A DNA stretch of 64,000 bases from an uncultured Planctomycetales bacterium (GCA_964609245.1 CAZSSB010000011.1:6000-69999); one strand, 5' to 3'; counted from the first letter of the stretch, positions 27,507 through 36,448 are shown. Program-made: numbers and translations. The notes: a model not told the origin generated them from the letters alone.

Positions 27507-28026
27507 AGCTCAGGTTGACTCCCATGTCCTCGAGATTCCCGATGGCTTCGGGCGAAAGCTCGGTGTGCCAATCGGGGTTCACCGGCACGTAGTAGTTGTG
27601 GCCACAGGCCGTGCAGCGGACTTTGATTCGCTCAACAAACTCAACCTGACGCAGTTCTTCCTCACGCTCCCAGGAGCGTGTCATCTTGTGTTCTTCAATG
27701 TTGCTCACGATCTCGAACGTCCGCTCGCCGCATTGGTCACAGCGTCGCTCGAACAGCGTGTTGGGCTTCAGGAGGCTACGTGGAATGAAGCCGAACGTGT
27801 CGACCCGGCCTGTGCCGTTGCAGGCCCGGCAGATTTCGCGCTCGTTGCCGATCAGCCCCTGCCCTTCGCAGAACTGACACGTGGAGAACTCCAGGATATG
27901 GCCGTTACCGCCGCACTGGTCACAGGTGGATGGCACTTCCTTCTTGATCAGGCCGAGGAAGGAACTGGCCTGCACCATCCGCACACCCGTGCCCTGGCAG
28001 AACGGGCAAGTTCTCTTGACAAGCAT
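27493..28026 (-). CDS. Stand-alone DnaJ-CR-like multi-zinc-finger protein
   Basis: Four CxxCxGxG repeats (CPFCQGTG, CDQCGGNG, CQFCEGQG, CRACNGTG) plus two further CxxC pairs (CDQCG, CTACG). There is no J domain. The 3' end overlaps the pepA 3' end by 14 nt (convergent). Confidence 0.6.
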   Translation of the reverse strand: MLVKRTCPFCQGTGVRMVQASSFLGLIKKEVPSTCDQCGGNGHILEFSTCQFCEGQGLIGNEREICRACNGTGRVDTFGFIPRSLLKPNTLFERRCDQCGERTFEIVSNIEEHKMTRSWEREEELRQVEFVERIKVRCTACGHNYYVPVNPDWHTELSPEAIGNLEDMGVNLSFMYQ

Positions 28027-28210
28027 GTTCTCCTCCAGCGCCCCTGCGTTCTACCTTAGATCATAACTGTTTCGAGCCCGATGTTCAATAGCTCACGATC
28101 TGGGGCCGCTGTCTGACAGCCCCGCAGGGCCTCGATCCGTCGCCTCCCATTCCGCATCTGGACTGTGTTAAACTTTCGCCGGTAATCTCAGAGCACGCAG
28201 GAGACGGGCA

Positions 28211-29815
28211 TTGGCGGTATCGTCACGCCACGACAGACCCGATTCAAGCCTGAACCTCGTGGAGCTGTGTCTCGAACTGGCGCAGCTGCCCCTCACGAAC
28301 CCCAAGACGCTGGGTTCCAGGATCGTTCGGCTGCTCGCCGAGCACCTCGGAACTGACCGTGTCAGCCTCGTCCTGCTGGCTCCTGACAAGCCCTGCATCG
28401 TCGGCATGTTCCAGTCCGGCTTCAGCCTCAAGAAGAGCGAGTGGCAGGAAAGCAGCAAGGTGATCTCGGAAGTTGTGCGCCATCGCTCCCGGCTGTTTGT
28501 ATACGACATCCGGGCCGAGCACGCCGACCTACTGGCGCCCTGGGCGGACACCTATCGCACCGACGCCTTCGCCGCGATCCCGCTGTTCCAGGAGCACCAC
28601 GCCTACGCCGTGGTCTGCATCAGCAACCTGTCACGGCAACAGCTGATTCAGCTGGAGAATGCGGGGCCGGACTGGGACCTGTTGGTTGCGCAGTTGCACC
28701 AGCTGTGCGCGCTGCTGCCCATCGCCGGGATCGAAGAGGAATCGTGCGAGCCCGCGCCGGACGACGAACTGGGGCTGATCTCAGAACTCATCGAGCGATT
28801 GGGCCAGACGCTTGACACGCGGAATGTGTATTCAGTGTTCATCGAACTGATCAGTCAGTACGTCCCACTCGACATGCTGGCGATCGTGCACGATTCGCTC
28901 AACGACGTCCAGCACGGAGTGCTGTGCGTGCGCCGGCCCGCGCATCACGATGACCTAAGCGAGTTGTTCGCGGGACTGAGCAGCCAGTGGCAGCGACGCC
29001 ACCGCCGGGCGCCGAGCCTCGAACTGGAACAGGCGGTCCTACTCGGCGGCGAGCTCGTGCAACGGGAGGGCGACTGTCCAGCGGAGTTGAGGATGGGGTG
29101 CACCGAGACCTTTCCGATCTTCCTGGACAACGATCTCTTCGCCCTGATTCTCGTTTCAACAACCGAGGAGGTCCTGACTGACCGCCATCGGATGCGTCTC
29201 TTCAGCATTCTGGCGCACCATCTGATGCTGGACGTCAAGAAGGGCCTGCTGCTGGCGCAGAATCAGGAAATGCAGACGCTTGACTCGCTGACCGGTCTCT
29301 ACAACGAACGGCACTTCTTCCAGATGATGGACCGCGAGTTTGATCGGGCCGCGCGCTACAACGTTCCGCTCTGCCTGCTGATCATCGATGTCGATCACTT
29401 CAAGGACGTCAACGAGACCTACGGCTTCGAGACGGGTGATCTGCTCCTGCGCGAAATCAGCCGGATCCTGATGGAGAACATGCGCACCACGGACTTCGTC
29501 AGCCGCTACAGCGGCGAGCGGTTCGTGATCGTCCTGCCCGAGACGCACAACAAGAACTCCGAGATCATGGCCAACCGCCTGCGGCGCTTCATCGAGAACA
29601 ACAGCTTCTACATTCCCAACACGAACGTTTTCATCAAGGTGACCGTCTCCATCGGCGTGGCAAGTTACCTTGATCACAAGCCGACCAGCCTGGCGCAGTT
29701 CATCGAGTTCGCCGACACTGCGCTCTACTTCGCGAAGCGCGGCGGACGGAATCAGGTGGTGGGATACACCTACGTGATCAACATGATGATGCGCGACACG
29801 GACAACGAGGGCTAA
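28211..29815 (+). CDS. GAF-like sensor protein with degenerate GGDEF domain (SGERF) and intact I-site
   Basis: TTG start preceded by AGGAG + 7 nt. The C-terminal GGDEF fold reads DSLTGLYNERHF...IIDVDHFKDVNETYGF...RTTDFVSRYSGERFVIVLPE...SIGVA...ADTALYFAKRGGRNQV. The active-site motif is SGERF instead of GG(D/E)EF, with RTTD five residues upstream. Confidence 0.8.
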   Translation: MAVSSRHDRPDSSLNLVELCLELAQLPLTNPKTLGSRIVRLLAEHLGTDRVSLVLLAPDKPCIVGMFQSGFSLKKSEWQESSKVISEVVRHRSRLFVYDIRAEHADLLAPWADTYRTDAFAAIPLFQEHHAYAVVCISNLSRQQLIQLENAGPDWDLLVAQLHQLCALLPIAGIEEESCEPAPDDELGLISELIERLGQTLDTRNVYSVFIELISQYVPLDMLAIVHDSLNDVQHGVLCVRRPAHHDDLSELFAGLSSQWQRRHRRAPSLELEQAVLLGGELVQREGDCPAELRMGCTETFPIFLDNDLFALILVSTTEEVLTDRHRMRLFSILAHHLMLDVKKGLLLAQNQEMQTLDSLTGLYNERHFFQMMDREFDRAARYNVPLCLLIIDVDHFKDVNETYGFETGDLLLREISRILMENMRTTDFVSRYSGERFVIVLPETHNKNSEIMANRLRRFIENNSFYIPNTNVFIKVTVSIGVASYLDHKPTSLAQFIEFADTALYFAKRGGRNQVVGYTYVINMMMRDTDNEG

Positions 29816-29816
29816 G

Positions 29817-31037
29817 GTGCGACACACCATTGCAGCCAGACTGATCGTGCTCACCATGCTGGTGCTTGCCGCGGCGGGATACGCGCCGGCGCAGGACGGT
29901 CAGCAGACACCACCACCGGAGTTGCCTCCCCTCGAGGATGTGCTTGAAGGTCAGCAGGAAGTGCCTCCGTACGTGCCGCTGAATCTAAACTTCCGAATCG
30001 GCGTGGTTGGCGAGTACGTCAAGGAGATCATGACCGCCGGCGGCCCACAGGAGCAGATCAAGAATCCGCTGATCCTGATTGACCCGCGCAACGGCGAGAT
30101 CAGCGTCTATGCCAAGAACTTCCCCGCCCGCATCCTCGCTGACTCACCAAACGGTTCATGGATCGTCGGTGTGGCAGCCAGCAGCTCAGTGGAGGGCTCG
30201 TCCGGCAGCCACCGGCGCGAATGCGCGGTGAGTTTGGCGATGGACGAAGGCGCCATCAGCATCATCAGGGAGTTCCCGCTGTTCTGTGCGGTCCAGGTGT
30301 ACTTCTCGCCGCGCGACGCCAATGTCATCTACTACTCCGTGAATGAGCCCGGACCGGTCAACAACATCGTCAGGTACAACCTCAAGACCAAGGATGAGAG
30401 CTCCCTGCCCGCCGAGGGCAACCGCTTTCGCCTGTACGGGCTGCGGCCGATCGAACCCCGCGGGCTTTGGATCGCCGATCCGATGTCGGTCGCGCAGTAT
30501 CCCGTCCTCAGCCTGCTGTCGCTCGACGATGCCAGCCAGCTGGCCAGGGTCGAGTTCCCCGGCGCGTCCGAGGTGCTTGCCAGTCCCGACGGTGACACCC
30601 TGCTGGCCGTCGTGAGCAGCAGCGCCGAGGCCTCCCTGGGCTACTACGTGCATGCGGATCACAGCTTCCATCAAGTGCCGGGTCTGGTGCTCACCAGGCC
30701 CACGGCCAAGTGGGTCAACCGCAGCAATGCCGTGATCGTCAAGGAGTCCACTGCAACGCGTGACCGGTTCCTCTGGATCGATCTGGAAACCGGCGAGCTG
30801 CGCGAGCTGTGGTCGGACTACGCCAAGATCTCCTTCTGGGACATCTCGCCGGAGGACGACGCGCTGGTCTTCCTGATCGACAGTGACGCCGACCCGCTGC
30901 TGTGCGTGATACCGATCGATCCTGCCCAGGGTGCGCCAAACGTGATCAAGCTTAAGGACGTCTCCAACGTCTCCTGGCTCGGCTGCCTGAATCCCCCGCG
31001 GGGGGGCGGCTGGCTGGATCGCCTGCTTCCCTTCTGA
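29817..31037 (+). CDS. Secreted PD40/TolB-like beta-propeller repeat protein (hypothetical)
   Basis: GTG start 2 nt after the previous stop, with a signal peptide (LIVLTMLVLAAAGYAPA). Repeated SP(D/N)G-type blades (DSPNGSWIV, ASPDGDTLLAV, ISPEDDALVF). Confidence 0.55.
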   Translation: MRHTIAARLIVLTMLVLAAAGYAPAQDGQQTPPPELPPLEDVLEGQQEVPPYVPLNLNFRIGVVGEYVKEIMTAGGPQEQIKNPLILIDPRNGEISVYAKNFPARILADSPNGSWIVGVAASSSVEGSSGSHRRECAVSLAMDEGAISIIREFPLFCAVQVYFSPRDANVIYYSVNEPGPVNNIVRYNLKTKDESSLPAEGNRFRLYGLRPIEPRGLWIADPMSVAQYPVLSLLSLDDASQLARVEFPGASEVLASPDGDTLLAVVSSSAEASLGYYVHADHSFHQVPGLVLTRPTAKWVNRSNAVIVKESTATRDRFLWIDLETGELRELWSDYAKISFWDISPEDDALVFLIDSDADPLLCVIPIDPAQGAPNVIKLKDVSNVSWLGCLNPPRGGGWLDRLLPF

Positions 31038-31068
31038 CCACCGGCGAGGCTCGGGGCGGAACTGGTGT

Positions 31069-31914
31069 ATGATCGGCGCCGTGCAAAGCAAGGACGTTTC
31101 CCGCTACCGGGACATCGCCGCGACGGCCGCCCACCGCGCCGGCGAGTTACTCACGGCGTACTTCCGCCGCGTGGAACTGGCCGACATTGAGCACAAATCC
31201 ACCGCCATCGACCTGGTATCGCAGGCTGACCGCGACTCCGAGGATCTGCTCCGCACACTGCTGCCAGCGGACAGCGAGGGAATCGGATTCATCGGCGAAG
31301 AGACGTCCGGCTCCAGGATGGACGGACAGCAAGATCTGAACTGGGTTGTAGACCCCCTGGATGGAACCTCCAACTACCTGGCCGGGCTGCCGATCTGGGC
31401 GGTTTCCATCGCTCTCTGTGACATGACGGGGCCTCAGCCGGCGGCTCTGGCCGGTGTCGTTCACGCCCCGCTCCTGGGCAGGACCTGGACTGCCGCCGTC
31501 GACCAGGGAGCACATCTGAACGGTGCTCCGATTCGGGTGCGGCACGAACCGCCGGGCGGCGGGCTGGACAATGCAATGCTCGCCACCGGGTTCCCATACA
31601 ACCTCGCCGCGGATGGGTCCGGCACGAACCTGAGCAACTTCTGCCGGATGCAGCAGCGCTTTCACAAGGTCCGGCGCCTGGGAGCAGCCGCTGTCGATCT
31701 GGCCCTGATTGCCGACGGCACCTTCGACGGCATGTGGGAGCTGTCGCTGCAGCTCTGGGATGTGGCGGCGGGGATGCTGCTGATCCGCGAGGCGGGCGGG
31801 CAATTCGAGTGGCGCTTCCCCCGGCAGGACGAGTGGGCGGTGAGTATTCTGGCTGCCTCACGAGCCGACCTGCTTGACATCATGCGGGGGCTGATCCAAT
31901 TCGACTCCGTTTGA
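31069..31914 (+). CDS. Inositol monophosphatase family protein (SuhB-like)
   Basis: IMPase motifs FIGEE, WVVDPLDGTSNY and WDVAAG. Confidence 0.85.
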   Translation: MIGAVQSKDVSRYRDIAATAAHRAGELLTAYFRRVELADIEHKSTAIDLVSQADRDSEDLLRTLLPADSEGIGFIGEETSGSRMDGQQDLNWVVDPLDGTSNYLAGLPIWAVSIALCDMTGPQPAALAGVVHAPLLGRTWTAAVDQGAHLNGAPIRVRHEPPGGGLDNAMLATGFPYNLAADGSGTNLSNFCRMQQRFHKVRRLGAAAVDLALIADGTFDGMWELSLQLWDVAAGMLLIREAGGQFEWRFPRQDEWAVSILAASRADLLDIMRGLIQFDSV

Positions 31915-31977
31915 ACCGGCCCGCTCCTCCTGCCGTGCTATCATTGACCACACTCGATCACGAAAGGGGTGCACCCC

Positions 31978-32886
31978 ATGATCCGCGCCTACACAAACAA
32001 CGACGACGTCGTCCAGGCCATTTCAGATGCGGCCGCAACGAAGGGATTGGAAGCCGAGTTCCTGTCGCTGATCGACCCTCTCGAAATCAGGGCCGCCGCC
32101 GAGTCACTGGATGTCATTATCTTCGATCTCACCGCGGCCACGCTCAGCCTGGAAACCGTCGTCGGCGTGCTGGATGTCCTGGACGTCGAGTTGGCGCCTC
32201 CCGTCCTCTACCTGTTGACGAACGCGGCCGACATCGAACTGCTCACCCAGGCCGGCAGCATTGTCAACCAGGACTACGCCTTTCTGCCGCTTGATCCCGC
32301 CCAGCTGGCGGGACGGCTGGAGGTTCTGACCATCCTGGGCCAGCGGCGCAAGCTCACGCTGGAAACCGCGATCACCGATCGTCTGACCGGTCTCTACAAC
32401 CGCAAATACTTCCTGCGCCGGCTGGAAGAGGAGATGTACCGCGCCACGCGCTACAAGTATGCCGTCGGTGTCCTGCTGGCTGACGTGGACTTCGCTGCCG
32501 AGGGCCACGAGCTTACCGAGCAGACCGGCACCGCGGTGGTGAAGGAGATTGCGGCGTTCCTCGCCGGCCGACTGCGCAAGACCGACATCGTGGCCCGCTA
32601 CAAGTGGGACGACTTCGCCTTCCTCCTGCCGGAAATCTCGCGGGAGGACAGCCTGCTCGTCGCGGAAGACGTGCGAAATAAGCTCGAGCTGCTGGAAGTG
32701 TCATCCGAGGGTCGCGCGGTACACCTTGACGTGCACCTGGGACACCTGTGTTTTCCCGCCGAGGGGCTGAAGAGCGCCATTGAGGTGATGGAGGCACTTG
32801 AGGAGTGCACGTTCAAGGCCAGAACCGGCGGTGGCGCCAAACTGGTGTCCTACAACGCCGGAACCGCTGCACCTACTGAGGAATGA
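31978..32886 (+). CDS. Pseudo-receiver + strongly degenerate GGDEF domain protein (KWDDF) with intact I-site
   Basis: ATG at 31978 preceded by AAAGGGG + 8 nt. The N-terminal ~120 aa are REC-like (DVIIFDL) but lack the conserved Lys (LPLDP). The C-terminal GGDEF fold reads DRLTGLYNRKYF...RKTDIVARYKWDDFAFLLPE. The DxxFK/GH motifs are also eroded. Confidence 0.7.
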   Translation: MIRAYTNNDDVVQAISDAAATKGLEAEFLSLIDPLEIRAAAESLDVIIFDLTAATLSLETVVGVLDVLDVELAPPVLYLLTNAADIELLTQAGSIVNQDYAFLPLDPAQLAGRLEVLTILGQRRKLTLETAITDRLTGLYNRKYFLRRLEEEMYRATRYKYAVGVLLADVDFAAEGHELTEQTGTAVVKEIAAFLAGRLRKTDIVARYKWDDFAFLLPEISREDSLLVAEDVRNKLELLEVSSEGRAVHLDVHLGHLCFPAEGLKSAIEVMEALEECTFKARTGGGAKLVSYNAGTAAPTEE

Positions 32887-33985
32887 CGTAGAAGTGCAGA
32901 CGATCACCCTCGGGGCTGACGGCGCAGACCTGGGTTCCGGCCGGTGAGAACACAAACCTCGAGCACGGCTCAGCCGTCAACAGGGTCCGGCCGTCGCGAC
33001 TGCGCTGTAGCACCAGATAGCGGGTGTCCCCCTCCCCTTCCAGTTCCAGCTCGTCCCGTCCGGCGATGAATCCCAGCCAGGCCCCATCGGCGCTTGCCTG
33101 CAGACCTGCAATCGACTCCCCGACCGCACATCGAGCACGACGCAGAGCCGTCTCATCCCACCCCAGGATCCACTCGCTGCCACCCGCCGGCTCGCCGGAC
33201 ACGATCAGCAGTTGCCCGCTCGACAGCACGTGCAGGCTCATTTCATCGGCGCGGCTGTGCAGGATTCGCTCCTGGCCAGCGTGCGGGTCGAGCAGCACGA
33301 TCATCGCCTGGGCGGGATAGTCACCGTGATAGCCCCGGCAGCGCACCGCCGCAGCTCCGCGCTGCGGCACGTACACCAGCTCATCGATCAGATCCACGTT
33401 GGCCTTCAGTGCGATACCTGTGAAGCCGCCAGTAGCCAGGTCCAGCCGTCCCAGGCTATACGGCTGGTCGGGGAATAGATACTGGCGCGCCGACATCACC
33501 AGGCCGCTTCCACTCTCTTCCCAGGCCACCTGCTCGGGCCAGAACGCGTCTGGGATCTGCCGCAGGACCACCGGTACCAGCGCGTCCATGCCCACGCGGT
33601 AGACCGTCAGATCGTGGGCCACCAGCGGCGTGGCTGCTCGCTCCAGGACGGCCAGGGCGCTGCCGTTGGGTGCCAGATAGAACTCCGGTGTGTACTGCGC
33701 GCTGTCGGGCCTGACGTTCGTGAAGCTCCGCGGCGCGCTGATGACCAGCAGATCACCCGTAGCCAGTTCCAGTCGTCGCACTGCGTAGCCCTGCGTCTGG
33801 GCGACAACCACAACCAGGCTGCCGCTGTCTTGCCAGGCCAGATCGATGACCCGCTCATCGGGCGGAAGCTCAATGCACGGCGTGGGGGTCGCCGCCGTCT
33901 GGCCAGTCTGGGCCAGTACCACGAGCGCCGCAATCAGGGGCACTGTGAGCCTTCGCGGATCAAACACCGCAGGATCAAACCACAT
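32873..33985 (-). CDS. Secreted PD40-like beta-propeller repeat protein (hypothetical)
   Basis: The internal ATG at 33985 gives MWFDPAVFDPRRLTVPLIAALVVLAQTG (signal/anchor). There are repeated blade-like segments (LAPNGSALAV, SADGAWLGF, SPAGTQVCAVSPEGD). The upstream 158 codons of the ORF overlap the divergent Maf-like gene and were rejected. Confidence 0.5.
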   Translation of the reverse strand: MWFDPAVFDPRRLTVPLIAALVVLAQTGQTAATPTPCIELPPDERVIDLAWQDSGSLVVVVAQTQGYAVRRLELATGDLLVISAPRSFTNVRPDSAQYTPEFYLAPNGSALAVLERAATPLVAHDLTVYRVGMDALVPVVLRQIPDAFWPEQVAWEESGSGLVMSARQYLFPDQPYSLGRLDLATGGFTGIALKANVDLIDELVYVPQRGAAAVRCRGYHGDYPAQAMIVLLDPHAGQERILHSRADEMSLHVLSSGQLLIVSGEPAGGSEWILGWDETALRRARCAVGESIAGLQASADGAWLGFIAGRDELELEGEGDTRYLVLQRSRDGRTLLTAEPCSRFVFSPAGTQVCAVSPEGDRLHFYVIPQ

Positions 33986-34054
33986 CCACGCGGTACCGTC
34001 AACCCCGCGGCCACGGCTCAATCCGAGGCGCGCTGACGCCGATAAGCAAGATGT

Positions 34055-36019
34055 ATGCCTGACTCCGGAAGCATGAACTCGTACTTCGCCCAAAACCTGG
34101 AAGCTCTCCGCCGGACCAGTGAGTCCCTGGCGGACCGGCTGCTCGCCTATCACGATGAGGCTGGCGAACCCCTCAGCCTTGGTCCTTTCACGGTGGAGAC
34201 GGGGCGCAGCGGTGAGCCGACGGTGAAGTGCGAGGATCAGGAGCGCAACTTCTACCTGCACAGCCCCTACGACCCCGCGAGCGAGGCCGAGCAATACGCG
34301 ACGCGGGTACTGGACGATGACCAGCCGGGCAATTTCGCGGTGTTTTTCGGCATGGGTCTCGGCTACGGGGTGCGTGATGTACTCGGCAAGCTGAGCGCCG
34401 ACACCAGGGCGCTGGTCTTCGAGCCGCATTGGGAGCTGTTCTACCTGGCGTTCTGCCACACCGATCTGAGCTGGCTACTCACGCGCGACAAGACCACGGT
34501 CACCTGCGATCCCAGCGTGCAGGGCGCGATGATGCAGTACATGAACCTGTTCGAACTGGCCGGCTTCACCGGCATCCGGCTGTTCTCAAACCCCGCGTTC
34601 GAGCGCCTGCCAAACGCGGACGCCTTCGACGAATTGGCCGATCGCATCCGCTATGAGCTGCTGGCCGTCGGCGGCAACATCCAGACGCTGATGGTCATGG
34701 GGGAGATGCAGCAGATGAACATCATCCTCAACTTCCCCCAGATCATGGACAATCCGCCGTTCCGGCATCTGCTCGGCGCGTTCAGCGGACGCCCCGCCAT
34801 CATTGTCTCCGCAGGTCCCAGTCTGGAGAAGAACGTCCAGCTGCTCGCTGAGATCGAGGACCGCGCGCTGATAATCGCGGTGGATACGGCCACCAAACCC
34901 TTGCTTGCCGCCGGCATTACGCCCCATGTCGTGGTGACGGGCGACCCCCAGGAGGCCAACTCCCGGCACCTGCGCGGCGTCGACCTGCCCGATACCTACC
35001 TGATCGCCGAGCCCCAGAGCCCGATCGCCTCGCTCACCGGCTGGCGCGGCCCCAAGTTCATCTGCACGTTCCACGACAACATGATGCAGTGGATCGACCG
35101 CGTGCTGGGTGATCGCGGACGAGTGCTGGTCTGGGGCAGCGTGGCCGTGATGGCCTACGACGTCGCCGTCAAACTCGGCGCCGACCCGATCGTGTTCATC
35201 GGCCAGGACCTCAGCTTTCCCGGTGGACGAACTTATGCAGGCGGCACCTTCTTCGAGACCGAGGACAAGATGGACCTCACGGTCGAGGCCCTGACTAAGG
35301 CCGGAACCTCCCTGATCGATATGGTCGATATCTACGGCAACACCGTTCAGACCAACAAGCAGATGTTCTCTTACTTCAACTTTCTTAAGAACCGCTTCCT
35401 GGCCCCGGAAGTGCAGGACCGCACCATCATCAACGCCACCGAGGGAGGCATCCTTAAGAGCCCGCGCGTCACCGTCATGACGCTGCGCGAGGCGATCGAC
35501 CAGTACATGGCGTCCCCACTCGGCGTGATGCAGATACTCGACGAGGCCCACGGGCGCGGCGACGTGGTCAACCACGCCAACCTGGAGGCCGAACTCAGCA
35601 AGCTGATCGCCGACCTGCGCGCGGCCCACGAAGCCTGTTTGCGCGGTGTCGGCGCGGTCGCCCGGGCCCTGGAAGCCCTGGAGGCGGACGATCAGACGCC
35701 AGCCAACCGTCGCGAAATCGTCAGGCAGTACAACCGCGTGGTCGGCATCCGCAAGCAGGTTGTCGGCAGCCCCGAGGCGGGCAAGATCATCGAGATGGCC
35801 AACCAGGCAGGCATCTACGCCTTCGCCCGCGGCGTCAAGGCAATCCGACCGGGTGAGGCGGGCCCCGATAATGAGTTCATCCGCCGTTCGCTGTATCACT
35901 ACCACACCCTGTACGTCTCGACGCGGGAGGCGATTGAGCGACTGATCCCGCCGATCGAGGCCGCCCGCGAAGCGGCCCGGGTGCGCAGCAGTCGCCGCAG
36001 GCAGCCAGTAGGCGCGTGA
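34055..36019 (+). CDS. Maf-like (motility accessory factor) glycosyltransferase, DUF115/MptE-like domain
   Basis: The Maf-type N-terminus (MNSYFAQNLEALRR...) suggests the ATG at 34073 may be the real start. The core motif is GRPAIIVSAGPSLEKN...LIIAVDTA...GITPHVVVTGDPQ. Length is ~650 aa. Confidence 0.7.
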   Translation: MPDSGSMNSYFAQNLEALRRTSESLADRLLAYHDEAGEPLSLGPFTVETGRSGEPTVKCEDQERNFYLHSPYDPASEAEQYATRVLDDDQPGNFAVFFGMGLGYGVRDVLGKLSADTRALVFEPHWELFYLAFCHTDLSWLLTRDKTTVTCDPSVQGAMMQYMNLFELAGFTGIRLFSNPAFERLPNADAFDELADRIRYELLAVGGNIQTLMVMGEMQQMNIILNFPQIMDNPPFRHLLGAFSGRPAIIVSAGPSLEKNVQLLAEIEDRALIIAVDTATKPLLAAGITPHVVVTGDPQEANSRHLRGVDLPDTYLIAEPQSPIASLTGWRGPKFICTFHDNMMQWIDRVLGDRGRVLVWGSVAVMAYDVAVKLGADPIVFIGQDLSFPGGRTYAGGTFFETEDKMDLTVEALTKAGTSLIDMVDIYGNTVQTNKQMFSYFNFLKNRFLAPEVQDRTIINATEGGILKSPRVTVMTLREAIDQYMASPLGVMQILDEAHGRGDVVNHANLEAELSKLIADLRAAHEACLRGVGAVARALEALEADDQTPANRREIVRQYNRVVGIRKQVVGSPEAGKIIEMANQAGIYAFARGVKAIRPGEAGPDNEFIRRSLYHYHTLYVSTREAIERLIPPIEAAREAARVRSSRRRQPVGA

Positions 36020-36070
36020 AGCCGGTGGGCCGGCGGGTAGTCCTTCCGAGGAACCCACCAAACCGGAGCG

Positions 36071-36448
36071 ATGATGCAGACAAGCGGACTGAGCGGGATC
36101 ATCCTGTACGTAGCCGACATGCAGGCACAGGTCGAGTTCTATCGGGACACAATGGGACTCAAGCTGGCCCACCCCGTCGAGCTGCCGAACTACGCCGAAT
36201 AGCACTGGGTCGTGTTCGAGACCGGCGCCTGCAGACTGGCGCTGCACAGCGGGGGGAGGCCCCGGGCGGGGGTCGGCACTCCCAAGCTGGTCTTCGCTGT
36301 CAGCGACATCGTCGGCGCCAGAGCCGAACTGGCTGCTCGTGGTCTGGCGCTGGAGCAGGTTTTCTCGCCGGCGCCGGGGATCGAAGTTGCCAACGGTCAT
36401 GACCCGGAAGGCAATCCCCTCTGCATCGAGAGCCACGGCGGCGGCTAG
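36071..36448 (+). pseudogene. VOC/glyoxalase-family gene interrupted by one in-frame TAG
   Basis: GGAG + ATG at 36071 encodes MMQTSGLSGIILYVADMQAQVEFYRDTMGLKLAHP...YAE, then TAG at 36200-36202. The same frame continues HWVVFETGACRLALH...KLVFAVSDIVGARAEL...GHDPEGNPLCIE. Both halves look like one VOC fold. Confidence 0.6.

Noticed and set aside
33986-34459. 158-codon 5' extension of the propeller-protein ORF (32873-34459)
   Set aside because: It overlaps the divergent Maf-like gene. The internal ATG at 33985 yields a proper signal/anchor sequence, whereas the extension has no features.
36200-36202. In-frame TAG in the VOC gene as a pyrrolysine or other genetic-code reassignment
   Set aside because: No pyl genes or PYLIS-like context are visible. 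TAG is used as a normal stop by several well-supported genes here (e.g. coaE, livG). A nonsense mutation or sequence error is the simpler explanation.
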